NCBI RefSeq assembly: GCF_001194135.2
Contig: NC_068983.1
Coordinates: 76,937,653-77,001,652 of the forward strand
Direction of reading: 5' to 3'
DNA from: Octopus bimaculoides
Lineage: Eukaryota
DNA length: 64,000 nucleotides
A program made the position numbers and the translations under genes. Numbering within the stretch: position 1 is the first letter of the stretch; every line of letters begins with the position of its first letter. Below are positions 50,930 to 64,000 of this stretch, piece after piece. The notes under the pieces were generated by a model that was given only the letters and a program-made list of their open reading frames with translations, ran no database searches and was not told the origin of the DNA.

Positions 50930-52436
50930 TACATTCACTCAACATAGGTTAACAAGAGATAAAGAAGTCTATAATTGAATTATCCACCATTGAGCAAATT
51001 CTGTTTTTGTTCTTTTTTGTCATCTAAAGAAATGCATTCCTTGTAAACTAATTTAGTCTACATATAATGTAATTACCACTAATGTGGAAATCATAACATT
51101 TGTTCGTGAATTGAATCTCTATCATCCAATTTTGATTAAATGTATATAGCATCATTTGTGTTTGAAACATTGTCAAAATAACACACCAGGCAAACGCTGC
51201 TGCCACGTGTTTCAATTAAAAAGACAATACAGGGATATATATATTCAAGGAAACAAGCAACACCCCACATAGCAAAGCGGAGTTGAGCATATACAAAATC
51301 ATATATATATATATATATGTTTACATACATGTTACTATACGAATAAAACACATAACAATATATATTAGGAAGGTATATACAGAAATAATATATGTTAGTG
51401 TGTAGGAACGCAAAATAAAAATCTATCAAGCCTGGAGTCAGAGAAGTATACGTCTTCTTTTGAAATATTTCTGTTATATTCCATACCGCAGCTTAAAAAC
51501 ACACGGACGTACATACTATTAAACTATACATATTCATGTTCATACGTCTATTCATTTATATGCGTAGCAATACATACATACATTCATGCATTCACACACA
51601 CACGTACACACACACGCACACATAAATATATATATGTATATATATACATATACATACATATACATATACATATATATAATTATCTAATATATATATACAC
51701 ACANNNNNNNNNNNNNNNNNNNNNNNNNNNNNNNNNNNNNNNNNNNNNNNNNNNNNCACACATACACATTGATACAGAGAGAAATCAAACACATGCCAGT
51801 AGCTACGCGTTACATAAAATGAAATGGAAAAATCTGAAAATGAAAAAATATATATATATATTAACCACAAAATAAAATGAAACAAGTAGAAATGAAGACA
51901 TAGAAGAAACAAATCGAAACTGAATTTTGATTTATTTTCACAATAAAAATAATTCAATTAGTAATGCCGTTCTTTGGAATTTAAATCAATGCCTCAGTTG
52001 TAGTTTTCTACAGATAGTCTCTTAAATCATTGAAGTTTTGCCTGCTTAAAATTCAAAAGTCTGTTCGGGGTACTTCATTCTTTGAACTTTTAAGCTATCT
52101 TAGCAAGATGCAGATATTTTACTTTTTATATGTGCATGGAGTTTTTGTGGCTTTGTATTCTTAGAGAATTATTGAGGAAGGTTGTTATAGAGGAAAGGGT
52201 ATGTAACTGATAGTGGATTCGGGAAAAGTTGAAATATATGGTATGTGCACTCTTTAATTGTAGCGGTCTATAGAAGAGATTATTTTAGTGATACAAATGA
52301 GGAGTTTCATGATGTTACACATGGCGGTGATGATGATGACACATGATAGTGCTGACGATGGTGGTTCTTCTTATCGTTGCTGCTATTTCCGTTACCGAGG
52401 CTGTTGGTGGCATCCATGCTAACGGAGACTAATGCT

Positions 52437-52443
52437 GCTGCTG

Positions 52444-52499
<56 letters not shown>

Positions 52500-52535
52500 G
52501 TGAAAATGATGATGATGATGACAATGATGATGATG
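52437..52535. repeat. (CTG)(CTA)n(GAT)n trinucleotide microsatellite
   Basis: Directly visible. Confidence 0.9.
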
Positions 52536-55500
52536 GTAATAATATTTTATTATCGCAATGATCAACATTTACTCATCCTAAGCATCGTCCACATTGTCAG
52601 CTGCAGCAATATGATTTTAATGAGCTTCAATACCGTTTCAAATATGATAGGAAACGACATGTGGCTCATTAGCATATCATGAATGTTCTTCAATAGGCGC
52701 CGAATGCTTTGAAGGGTATCTAACTAGAGTTTGTTAGCTTACCTGAAGAATAACGTTGTTGCAGTTAGTTTTATATTAAAATAAGAACAAACATACTTAT
52801 GAACAAATGTACTTCGCTCAATATCAAATGTTTCTTCAGTTATAATCTGCTTTGGACTATGTCATGTAGTCTTTGATTGTTTTGAGAATGGCAATATTTG
52901 ATTGGTGATATATTTGCTCGCTATTTCTATCCTGTGAGGTCTTTATGAAGAAACTACTTACTAATATAATGAGTGAGCAGTGATAGAAGAAACAGAAACA
53001 TGATGCTAATCCATAAAAAAAATTCTCGTAATTGTAGCTATTGACAAACTCTAGGATATCATACACAGATTTATGCGCTCTTGATTTTTCAACATATCGC
53101 GAGAAAAACCCTTGAGTGACAAAATCATCAACTTTTCCCCATATAAAATAAAACTGGCACAAACAGACACATAAGTAATACACAAAGGCGTTTCATTTTA
53201 AATTTACTCTCCGAGACGTACTTAATACTATATATATATCTTGGAGAATGCACAGGAAATCTAATCTGTGAGTATATTATTTAAAATGAAAGCTACTTTC
53301 TGTGGGATGTGTGGTATTTGTTTTCGTGTGCCATTTGGAATTTTGCATATGTCAGTGAAACCCCTGCTTCCATTGTTCTAAAAATACTTTCTTCAACTAA
53401 CGCTTAACTGTTTCAAATTGATATCAATCTGAAGAGAGAGATTAGTCCTTCCACTGCATTGTACTTGTTCTATTACTTAAATATTTAGTTTCCCTGTGTT
53501 TAAACGCAATAATAATTTGAACTGTTTGTGGGATAAATAACTTATTTTACTGATATATTTTAATTCTCGTATTAAACACATTGGCACATATTGTATAGAA
53601 TGCTCATATATGAAGGAAAACTATCACTGCTATATTCATACAAATATTTGATTTGTTTCTTATTTCATTAATGTTTCACTACCTTGTAGATAACTGATTT
53701 AATTGACCTAAAGAAAATATTTGGAAATAGCGAGATTCCAAAAGCTAACAGACAAATAGCAATGGAGGCCTTTTTTCTTCTAACTAAATGATTACTTGCT
53801 TCAGTGATACAACACTACACTTTTAAAATGTAAATATCTAAGTATGTCTATTCTGTGTATTATAACATTGAGAAATTTCAAATTTAGTCTAATATTTCAG
53901 TTCATGTTGCAATCACTCATAATGTTGTTGCTAGTAGTATACGTAAATATTTTGAAGAGAGTGTTGAGTTGGTCCTAATAGGTAATAATTGTAGTATGCT
54001 TTGAGGTCAATTATCTGGTTGATAAACCTAACGTCAATTATGATTAAATATTTAGATGATTTGCGTTATATCTTCCTCCATATGTCATGGAGAGAAATAC
54101 TTTAAATATCGCGGTTCGTATCAAAGATGATAAGGTCGAAGACCAAATCAGTGATGGTGATAACATCAAATATGTAGATGTTGGTGTTTGTGCTAATGAA
54201 GATAATATTATTGATGATAATAATTATTATATACGCGGTGATGGGAGCGTAGTATTCGCTGGTTTGGTAGAGTGTTTGTGATCATTGTAGCATTGTTGGT
54301 TGTTGCTGTACAAATGCCAAGTCAGCCCCCTGAAGCTGTTTAGTAATCATTATTTCTGTGTGGTATTCATTACACTCTTTACTCTATTTTCATGTCACTT
54401 CTACTCTCTTTCCTTAGTTACATTTCATGAATACGTGGGGTGGTTCGCATGAGTTGAGTTTCTCTAGTGCAACAAGAGTCAAAGTACCTCAAATGTAGTT
54501 TCTCGAGTTACATATTGCAAATTCAGGCGAAACCTTGACCTTTGTATATGGCTCGTCTACGTTTTCTTAGAGATTGGAAAGACCGAGTGTAAAGATAGGT
54601 TCTTGTGGATCCTCTTTCCGGCAATTGCCGGCGCTTTAAGTGTTGCTAATATCCATTATTTACTGTTTCATTGCCATTTTGTCCTCGGTCTTCAGGGAAA
54701 TATTTTCTGATATTGATGGTATCAAGAACTCTACATGTACGAGGTTTGATATGGAAATAATAATAAAAAAATATTCTTATGTATTTGAGTAATATGGTAG
54801 TTTATTTGTAAAGTGACATTTTATCGTGATTAAAGAGTATGATGAGCACTTCTAGGATTTGTGAGTCCATGCTTATGGCTCTGCTGTCTTGGTAATTAAT
54901 TTTACTTCTTGTTGGAGCTTATCGGTTTTGAGAATTGTGATTTTGCCACATTTGCAGATTCTTCAAATTGGACAACATTGGCATTAAAATCATTTGCTGT
55001 GAAGGTAGTATGGGTGTGTGTAATTTTCTCTCCACTTACGTGGTTTGCGGTTTTAAATCTATTTATATTATGTAGGCTCTTTCCCAGGAATAGGTAATAG
55101 GAATGATTCATATAAAAGTATCTAATGCTTAGCTTTCTGTAAATGACTTCCGTGATAGTTATTGCTATTTTCCTGGAATAATTTATAAAATCATAATATT
55201 TGTGTACTACTGAAATGTGGTTATATTATTTAATGTTGTAATTGTAAGACGGTGTATGGGTACGCCTTGTGCACTTTGCTGTTCATACACCATTGGATAT
55301 GAATATTTTCCAGATTTCCATTTTCTAGCGTTTATATTTTTGAACCATTTTCTGAAGGTTTCATACAAATAATAATATCGATTGTTCGTGTAAGATTAAC
55401 TCCTATGTTTTTATGAGATTCATTATTCCTAGTGTGTATTGGGTTTTTTATATCTACGTTGCTTTGAGATATTTACTTTTTCAATGTATATATATAATTA

Positions 55501-58500
55501 CTTTATTTGAGGATCTGAAAACTTAGGTTCCGTTTCTTAGCAGATGGCATTTCTGTACTTTTAACATTTTATACAAATGATATTGCACTCTCTATTGTAG
55601 AACAAATATCTTGTGATAGAACGTAACCTGAGAAGGATTTGGAAATTCTTTTACAAATGTTTCTGGCATCCAATATTGAGTGAAAAATGTGAATTCCAGG
55701 GACGAAATATTTAGTTGCCATGGTAGTGAATATCATTGTGTTGATATTGTATTAGAGAATGTTGACATATTTGTTTCATGCCAACAAATGTTTAGTATGT
55801 AAATGCTTTTATATGAAACGTATTGCTCGTGGGTAACTTTTGTCATAAGGGAAAAGGAGAATAATATTTGAATCGTTTTGTTCTTTTTCCTTCAGTGTTT
55901 TTATTTCTGTAACATAATCCCGATTATATGTAAAAAGTTTCGTTTTAGAGGAGCTTTTGCAAATCTTTTGAAAATGTATCTAACTTTTCGATCGCTTTAG
56001 GTGCCAATTAACGCAGGGTAGCTATCATTCTCCGAAATTGTTCCACGAGTTGAAAGACGCAAATGATAACATTTGGCTGGAATTCTAGCATTGGAAATAT
56101 CATTCTCTTTTCTTGTTGTTTTCAGTATTAAATTATATGTATTTCCCATTAGAGAAAATGTTGTACTGGATGGAGAATTTAAAAGCAATTACATATATGT
56201 TGGCCGAGAAATATGATGAATGTATGTTAATAGCATCTATCTTGGCGGTATCCTAGGCAACTTGACACTATATTATGATGTGTATTTAGTACTTGTGTGT
56301 AATAACACATAAAATGAATTGACGCTAGTAGTGCTTGGGAACGTTTATGGTATACAAGGTATGCATTTTATCACTAAAGCAAAACGTGACGAATCCGATT
56401 TAGGATACAAACACACGTCAGTTGTTCTCCATTATTGTTTTAGTGTGGAGTAGCCCATTATCCATTATTGGTCTTCCAAAGTACAAATTTTATGTTGGCA
56501 CTGTTTATTAATACTTAAAAGAATAAGGCAAGATATATGACTAAAACATTTGTTGGTTCGATTATTCTCTACATGTGTGGCATCAGTATAGTATTCAGTT
56601 TGATACTACCATACCTATTGTGCGTTCATTACATTTGTACTTATACGCAACATACGTGTTTACAATTTAAGTCACTTGTAAGTTTCCAAGTTAGAAGTGA
56701 GCGAATACTGATAAATTGTTAAATAAAAAGGAATCAACCTGGTTCTATCCGCACATTAAACTAGAGAAGGAATTACTCTGCATATGCATAGGATTTACAA
56801 TATTTATTTATGAGTAGGAGGTATGTAACCAGTAACGATTTTTATGTATGTAACCATGACTGAGACAAGCTACAATGGCCCAGAAAATAAATAAGTACCA
56901 TTAGATGAGTAATTTGAAAAGGAATTAAAATGGTTTCACTAGGCTCCAGACATGATGTAACTTTCACCAAATAATATAGCTTATACCTACTCAAAATAAA
57001 GTCTATAAATAAAGAATGTCTTTATAATATTACAACGTATCGTCTTAAAAACGAAATATATATATATATATATCGAAGAGTTTATTTGAAATTATAATAT
57101 ATCCAAAGCAAAAACACAATGTCTACGGTTACCATCGTCGTGTAAATGAAAAGTGCGTAACATGAATACAGTTAATGAATATAAAATAAACTGTCCGTGT
57201 GCAAATGCACACACACATATACACGCCCCCCCACCACTCACACACACAAGGTTTGTAAGTGTACTTTAAATAAAACCATCTTAAATTACAGATTATTTCA
57301 CAAAATTTACTAAAATTTTGGTTCCAACTAGCTTTCCCAATTTAAGTTGATTCAATTTCAACAATTAGGTATATTCCCATTGCATATAACATTTACTTGC
57401 AGAACAAAGGATATAGCGCATGGTCAATATAATTAAATATATGTTAATTATATTAGATAGATAAATTTTCCATCAAATTAATTAGCAGTAACAAAATATC
57501 GTACTACTAATTTTGCTAATGAAGTTTAATCTTAGTGATGAACTTCAAATTAATATAATACAGAATAAGACTGTTACCGAATTTGACTATATATATGTTT
57601 TCTTTAACAACTGTAATATTCTCATATCTTACTATAGTATTCTTTCATGCTAGTGTAATTTAAGTAAAATGTAATTTATTTTTTTAATTGAAACAGCTTG
57701 AAAGATGAGTAGAGTTATATAATATGTCAACACTCATTAAATTTTAATGGCATGAGCAACCATTTAGAATTAAGCGACAATGCCTGCAAACACTTCGGGA
57801 TTACAAATCGTCTCTAACGTTTTACAGTAAAATAAAATTAAAACGTAAAACCTACAACTTTTATTCATAATTTCAGTTAAATAGTTTTGTTGATTATGGC
57901 TCGAATGAAGACTACTGTATGTTTTAATGTCTATCATATCAAGGTGAGAGCTCATCATAAATTTGAAACAATTACATGCATGCACGCAAAAATATAAATG
58001 TAATCATTTCTCTACATATTTATACTATATAGCATTTCTAATAATTTTAGCATACATTTGGAAATAAACACTCACAGAAACTTCAAGGTATATACCAAGA
58101 TGAGATTTAAAAAATATATAGAACCAAGAACCCAATACCATTAAAATTAATAGCACAAGAAAATTAAAATTCTCAGTCACCTATATGACAATCTAATGTA
58201 CTGAAGAAATTCTTCGTAAAGCGTAGACCCCTCATCGAATGTGTAATTATGCCTGGCTAATGTATTTACTCTAATTTTGATAGTTCGAATCGCATTTTTA
58301 TAAATATTGAATAATTTGAAATTGTTTTTTGTTTTTTGTTATTTTACAAAATTGCCCAAATACATATGTAGACTATGAATATATGGACAAATAATAGATA
58401 GAGAGCATTTAAAAAGAAATACTGAAAGTAAGCCACGAAATTTCAGATGATTGGCGAAAAACGATCGGCATTGTTAGTAGTATAGCAGAGAATCTTTCCG

Positions 58501-60038
58501 AAATTTAGATGTTAATTTCTAAAAATAAATTTAAACAGGCAAAGTAAAAATTTGCTTATGTAACATCATCAATGATATGGAATTGAAATATTTGAATGTA
58601 GCCTTTTACGAAGTTGCTCATATACAAATTTCCCCATGAAACATAATTAATAATATAGGCATAATATAGGTAGAAAAGTACGCATTACTTTTCCTGGAAG
58701 TACTATCACTAATGTTATTAGAAGAGCTAATAAAAAGATATATTATTTGAACTAAAAGCACAAGGCCAGAATATTTTGGCCGACGTGATGCGGAGGCTAG
58801 CTGATGACATCAACCCAATGCTTAAAAGGTACTTAGTTAATGTTAAGCGTGTATTTAAAGCATCTTTCATAAAATAGATGAAGATATTTGTTACAAAATA
58901 GAGCACAAATAAATAGTAGTGCTCTGTTTTGGCTAAAAGAATACGGTACTACTACTGTGATTGTATTGGTTTGCATATAGGGAATGGTGTAGTTTGACAG
59001 CTTCTATTTGTCAGAAGATGGTGAAATTTATGTTTGTGACAAGAAAAATAGTTTTTGCTTGGATAGTGATTAAACGACTCTTTAGTTTCGGATTTGTGTT
59101 CTAGTGATATGAAAATATACGAAGAGTTCAAAATCCACTGAAAAGAAACATTTAAGCTAATAATTTGTTCTTCGTACATGTGATTTATAAGATTGTGAAC
59201 TTAAAATGTATGCATTAATTGTGAATAATACTAAGAAGAATAGATCTGTACATCTGATAGTATAGAAACTCATGGTTCCGACTAGTAGTAGGTAAGTGAT
59301 TTTGATGTGTTTCACTCATTGGCTCATTTGATTAGTGCTGTGATGTACTACTGCATAGTTATATGCAGAAGACTATTACATATGAAAAACATGCATAACT
59401 GAAAATCTAAATGAAGATAAAACAAAATTATTGAAACTGAAGAATCGGAAAATATAAAATTATAACAAATGTAGATGATTGAAAAATATTAACTGTTTTA
59501 TTAATTAAACTCCATTATCAAAATTGCAATTTTCTAAAAGGAAATGGAAAAAAATATCTGAATACAATCTCTTTCCAAACCTTGTTTACAAGTTTAGTAA
59601 ATTTTTTCATGAATAATTGAATAAGTCAAAAACAGATAAAATACAACCCAGAATTATATTCATCAATTAACAGTAATAGATTATTGCATACATATAGTTG
59701 GATTTCATTATTTGTTGATTTAATGCAATTATTTAAATGTTACATGTGAGTTGCTATCCTTTTGTACCAGTGTCACGGAAGAAAAAATATTATTTGTAGG
59801 TTACAGTTTTACAATACTTTCCTCTATATAATGACAGAAAAGTGAAATACCATTAGGTTATATAGATTGTTCATAACATTTAGAGAGCTTACAATGTAGA
59901 AATGTCGTTTTAATGCGTAGTGTTAACACTCTATAGGGAAACCTGATTTCAGGCCCCAACATATATTTACACATTGCTTGCAGAAAACAACTACTTCCTT
60001 TTCCCCTAACACATACACACGTGCATACGCATATATAT

Positions 60039-60162
60039 AGGCGCAGGAGAGGGTGTGTGGTAAGCAGCTTGCTTACCAACATTATGGTTCCGGGTTAAGT
60101 CCCACTGCGTAGCACCCTGGACAAGTGTCTTCTAGCCTCGTCGTATATACATATTTATATGC

Positions 60163-60194
<32 letters not shown>

Positions 60195-60206
60195 CTCTGT
60201 GTGTGT

Positions 60207-60240
<34 letters not shown>

Positions 60241-60381
60241 CTGTGTCTGTGCTGTTGTGTTTGTCCTGCCACCATCGCTTGACAACAGATGTTGATGTGT
60301 TTACGACCCCGTTAATTAACGGCTCGGCCCAAAGACTGATAGGATAGGTACTAGGCTTACAACGAATAAGTTCTGGGATCC
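60039..60381 (+). mobile_element. SINE family C with internal (TG)n, truncated by gap
   Basis: AGGCGCAGGAGAGGGTGTGTGGTAAGCAGCTTGCTTACCAAC...GGTTCCGGGTTAAGTCCCACTGCG head; body collinear with 28255-28802. Confidence 0.85.
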
Positions 60382-60436
60382 NNNNNNNNNNNNNNNNNNN
60401 NNNNNNNNNNNNNNNNNNNNNNNNNNNNNNNNNNAC

Positions 60437-60503
<67 letters not shown>

Positions 60504-61035
60504 ATCCAAGAAATTTAGGGGTTTTGAATCCAACCCACTAAGGAATAATATCTTTCCAATATACTGTATAGATATTGATGCATGTACATTTAAATGTACA
60601 TATATGCATTCATGAATTTATGTTTATTTATGTATATCTATATATGTTAAAGTATGCATATATATGTGAGTTTTCATGAATTTTATGTTTACATTTGGAT
60701 ATTGTGAATTAACTTCATGTACTTCATAAAATCTCTGAAGAGGCCAAGAGAATTATACATGTACCTCTATTTCATCCATTTCATTTATCAATTACTTCAG
60801 CCTACTGAGGTTATATAGATAGAATGAGGCATGTCACCTCTAGACTGAAACAACTGTCAGACACTGTTCTATCTTCAATCACAAGGTGTCCTGTTTAATT
60901 ACGGATATGACATAACATGTCACATGTGTTTGTATATTGTTTTTATTGTTCTCTTTAAAAATAAACAGGTAAATTGACATAATGCAATGTCTGCAAGTTG
61001 ATGAATACCACATATTCCCCTCCATTTTCTTATTG

Positions 61036-61082
<47 letters not shown>

Positions 61083-61879
61083 GTCCATGCTGGAGTAAAG
61101 GCAACATGTTCTATGTTCTTTGTCTATCTCCTTAACTTCTTGGAGATTTTACATATAATTATACTAATGTGTCCATCTGTTTTAATTTAATTAAATTCTA
61201 TATCTTTGTGCAGCTGAGGATTGCTCTTCATTTAAATTGATGTAGTAATTGCATTGTTAAATTAAATGGAGTTGCATGAAACGATCGTACTGCATTACCT
61301 CTGGATATCCTTGTTGTTTATTTTGATTTTAATCACCTTACTTTTCTATTGTATAGGTAATACTGTACTAAATTCTGGTTCCTCAACTTAAGTATCATAT
61401 TCATCTGAATCTAAATTGTTGCTGAACTCATCTACCATACGTAGGAGAGTGTTGTAGTTCGCTTGAAGCATAGTGCATTATTTGTAATGGATGAAAAGTG
61501 TTCAATGGTACAACAATGCACTATAATACAAACATTGGACTATATACCTGTTGTAATCTATAGTCTGATATGATATTTCAGAATAAAATTCCTTCTTGAG
61601 ATATTTTTAGATGGAGTCGGTTTTCGAACGGCTTTTCATTATTAGTTTTGGGGTTTCATGAAGCTCCTTCCGGAATTCCTTGAGAGAAATGCGTGAGGTC
61701 GGCCATGTCTCAATCTCGTGTGTGCTTGTACATCCGTAGTGCCGCTTCTAAGTTATGTACTGTACCTGCAACTTCCTTTTTTGCCCCAACCTTTTCTCTC
61801 TTTCATTTTTTGTTACAAACCACAGATCAGCATATTATCAAAAATGAAGCTATAGACATCCAGATGAAGCTGAATAGTA

Positions 61880-62455
61880 TATCGATTACCAATCCCCAGC
61901 CTGTTGTTAATTTGGAGCCCTAGTCTGTGTATGAGTATGGCTTTCTTAAATTTCCCAAATTTCTTTCATTGGTCTCAATTGTGACTGTTACGCTTTTGTC
62001 GGTGTTCCGACATCTGACTAGATGTTTTCTGAAAGAAGATGCTCTAGTGTTCAAGATGTTCTTTGATGCGGACGTGTAACGGTTTTGTGCTACCCATATA
62101 GAACTTGTTGCGTTTGTTACATTGTATTCTATACACAACATTTACCCGTTGGCATAAATCTGTGTCACGGATGGGACGGTTTGTTAGTGTACATTGGTTG
62201 TTGTCCCTTGTTCGTTTCTTTGGGAGGTGTCCTCTCAGAGAGGGGCTGGTGTGGCGTAGTTGTATGTCTAATCCTTCTCTTCTTATGGCTCTTCGGATGG
62301 ATGTAGTTATCCTTTCGATAAAATGAGGCATTTTAAAGAAGCATGTGTTGGTGAGTTTTCTATGTGTTCGGCTTTTTGGTCGTCTTGGGTACTTAAGCCG
62401 ATTTATAATGGATCCACAGACACACTCAAGTAACAAAATCTTATCTACCAAATAC
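61880..62455 (-). mobile_element. Penelope-like GIY-YIG 3' fragment (third family)
   Basis: ORF 62044-62451: IRRAIRREGLDIQLRHTSPSLR...LCQRVNVVYRIQCNKRNKFYMGSTKPLHVRIKEHL (VVY..C..C..Y.GST...R..EH). Confidence 0.85.
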
Positions 62456-62896
62456 TTTAGTTCACTGAAGGGGTATAAGTAGATTGGCGTACTTTGGCCG
62501 CTGGCTGAAACAGCTGTAAGATATTATCCTATCTTTTGTGATCTACGTTATATATTTTAATAATTATTTTATATAATGTATATGTAAAGCATATTATGCT
62601 ATACATGTATGTAATTTGGTATAATGGTTTTTCAAAACAAATAATTAGACATAATATAATGTCTAAAAGTTGATGAATAACACCTCTTGATACCCTCCAT
62701 TTTCTTATTGCTGTATAAATTAAGGGTTAACACCTTTTTACCCTCACCTATGTATTACATTCAGTAGTGTAATTTCCTTGCAAATAAAAAAAAACCCACT
62801 TGTGTATTAAATTAATAATTAGGTTTTCTACCAGCAGTATATTTGGGTAGATATTATCTCTTAGTTGGTTAGATTAACAAACTCTAACTCTTTTGG

Positions 62897-62962
<66 letters not shown>

Positions 62963-62963
62963 A

Positions 62964-63625
62964 CAGGGGTTGGACAAAATAATGGAAACACCTTAAATTT
63001 TCAAACAAATTTATTTTAGTATGGGGTAGGACCGCCTTTTTCAGTAATTACAACTTAAATTCTACGAGGTATGAACTCGTATAAAGTTTGAATTGTTTCC
63101 AAAGGAATTTTGTCTGTACTTCAGCTAAATCAGTCTCCAGTTCTTGTCGTGATGATGGTGGAGGATATCGAATCCTTATTTGTTTTTCTAAAATGCACCA
63201 TAAATTTCCAATAATTTTGAGATTTGGGGACTGTGGTGGCGAGATAACATGTTCAAATTCACTAGAATATTTCTCGTGCAATTCAGTAACAACGTTAGCT
63301 GTGTGAATTGGTGCATTATTATCCGGAAACAGTTCCGTAAACATAGGATGAATTTGATCAGACAAAATGCTTAAACAGTTTTGACTATTAATTCTGCCAT
63401 GAAATAGCCCCGCAGATAATCACAGATCCTCCTCCCTGTTTAACAGTTGGAAGAAGGCAGTCTGGATCAAATGCTTCTTTTGGTTGTCTCCATACGTATA
63501 CTCAGCCGGTGGTCAGGAATAAGGCACTGGATGACTCGTCTGTGAAAATAACATTCTTCTACTCCTTTAGGGACCAATTCTGTGTTTTTCTCCACTCTAA
63601 ACATTTTGCAACGTTCGTTTTTGTT
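62964..63625 (-). mobile_element. Tc1 (DD34E-like) transposase remnant with one TIR
   Basis: VIFTDES, VYVWRQPKEAFDPDCLLPTVKQGGGSV, DNNAPIHTA, PPQSPNLKIIGNLW; terminus TA-CAGGGGTTGGACAAAATAATGGAAACACC at 62962. Confidence 0.85.
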
Positions 63626-63926
63626 ACGCTAGCACCTGCCGTCGGAGCACCAAAAATTTGACCCCTGTGAAATTCCGATAAATCTGTCATTTCAATGAAT
63701 TTTAATTACCTTTTTGTGATGATATCTGAAAAGAAACAGCAATTTTAGCAAAACATATTAAGCAACTACGGAGATGTACTTGCATAGCAAGTGACCTGAT
63801 CTGAGATCGTGTGCTGGAACGAAAACAATTGCAGCGTGGAAGGTGTTTATAAGCCATTTAAAATAACACACAAAAGCCGTCAGATTCACTTCAACATTTA
63901 AATTTAATTTGTCAAAATATTTTCGT

Positions 63927-64000
63927 CGCTTTGAGACCACGACCTGTTCACTGATATGGCAGCACAAATTTGTCACTGAACAGGTAGTGGTCTCAAAGCG
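63927..64000. repeat. Hairpin/palindromic element cut by the window end
   Basis: CGCTTTGAGACCACGACCTGTTCA (63927-63950) versus TGAACAGGTAGTGGTCTCAAAGCG (63977-64000): 23/24 inverted match, 26-nt spacer. Confidence 0.75.

Overview
AT-rich, microsatellite-dense eukaryotic genomic DNA from a draft assembly with 13 N-gaps, most flanked by (TA)n or (CA)n. The SINE families and overall repeat landscape suggest a coleoid cephalopod, probably Octopus; this is an inference from recalled repeat families, not a database result. I could not support any intact host protein-coding gene, tRNA, rRNA or CRISPR array, and most long entries in the ORF track are artefacts of N-runs or simple repeats. The window is mostly decayed mobile elements: two Ty3/Gypsy remnants, six Tc1/mariner-superfamily remnants (mariner, maT/DD37D-like, Tc1), four Penelope-like (GIY-YIG) loci, one RLE-type non-LTR fragment, three tRNA-derived SINE families and two small inverted-repeat elements. 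Three observations stand out. (1) Degenerate type I hammerhead ribozymes with extended stem II and palindromic stem III lie downstream of three Penelope loci. (2) A 1.56-kb ORF1-only (HAL1-like) retroelement with a 22-bp target-site duplication is nested in a Penelope pseudo-LTR. (3) That element shares its 3' tail with one SINE copy, while other copies of the same SINE carry a different tail. Two unexplained stretches (about 9.8-11.2 kb and 52.7-56.2 kb) and a few orphan exon-like segments could not be identified.
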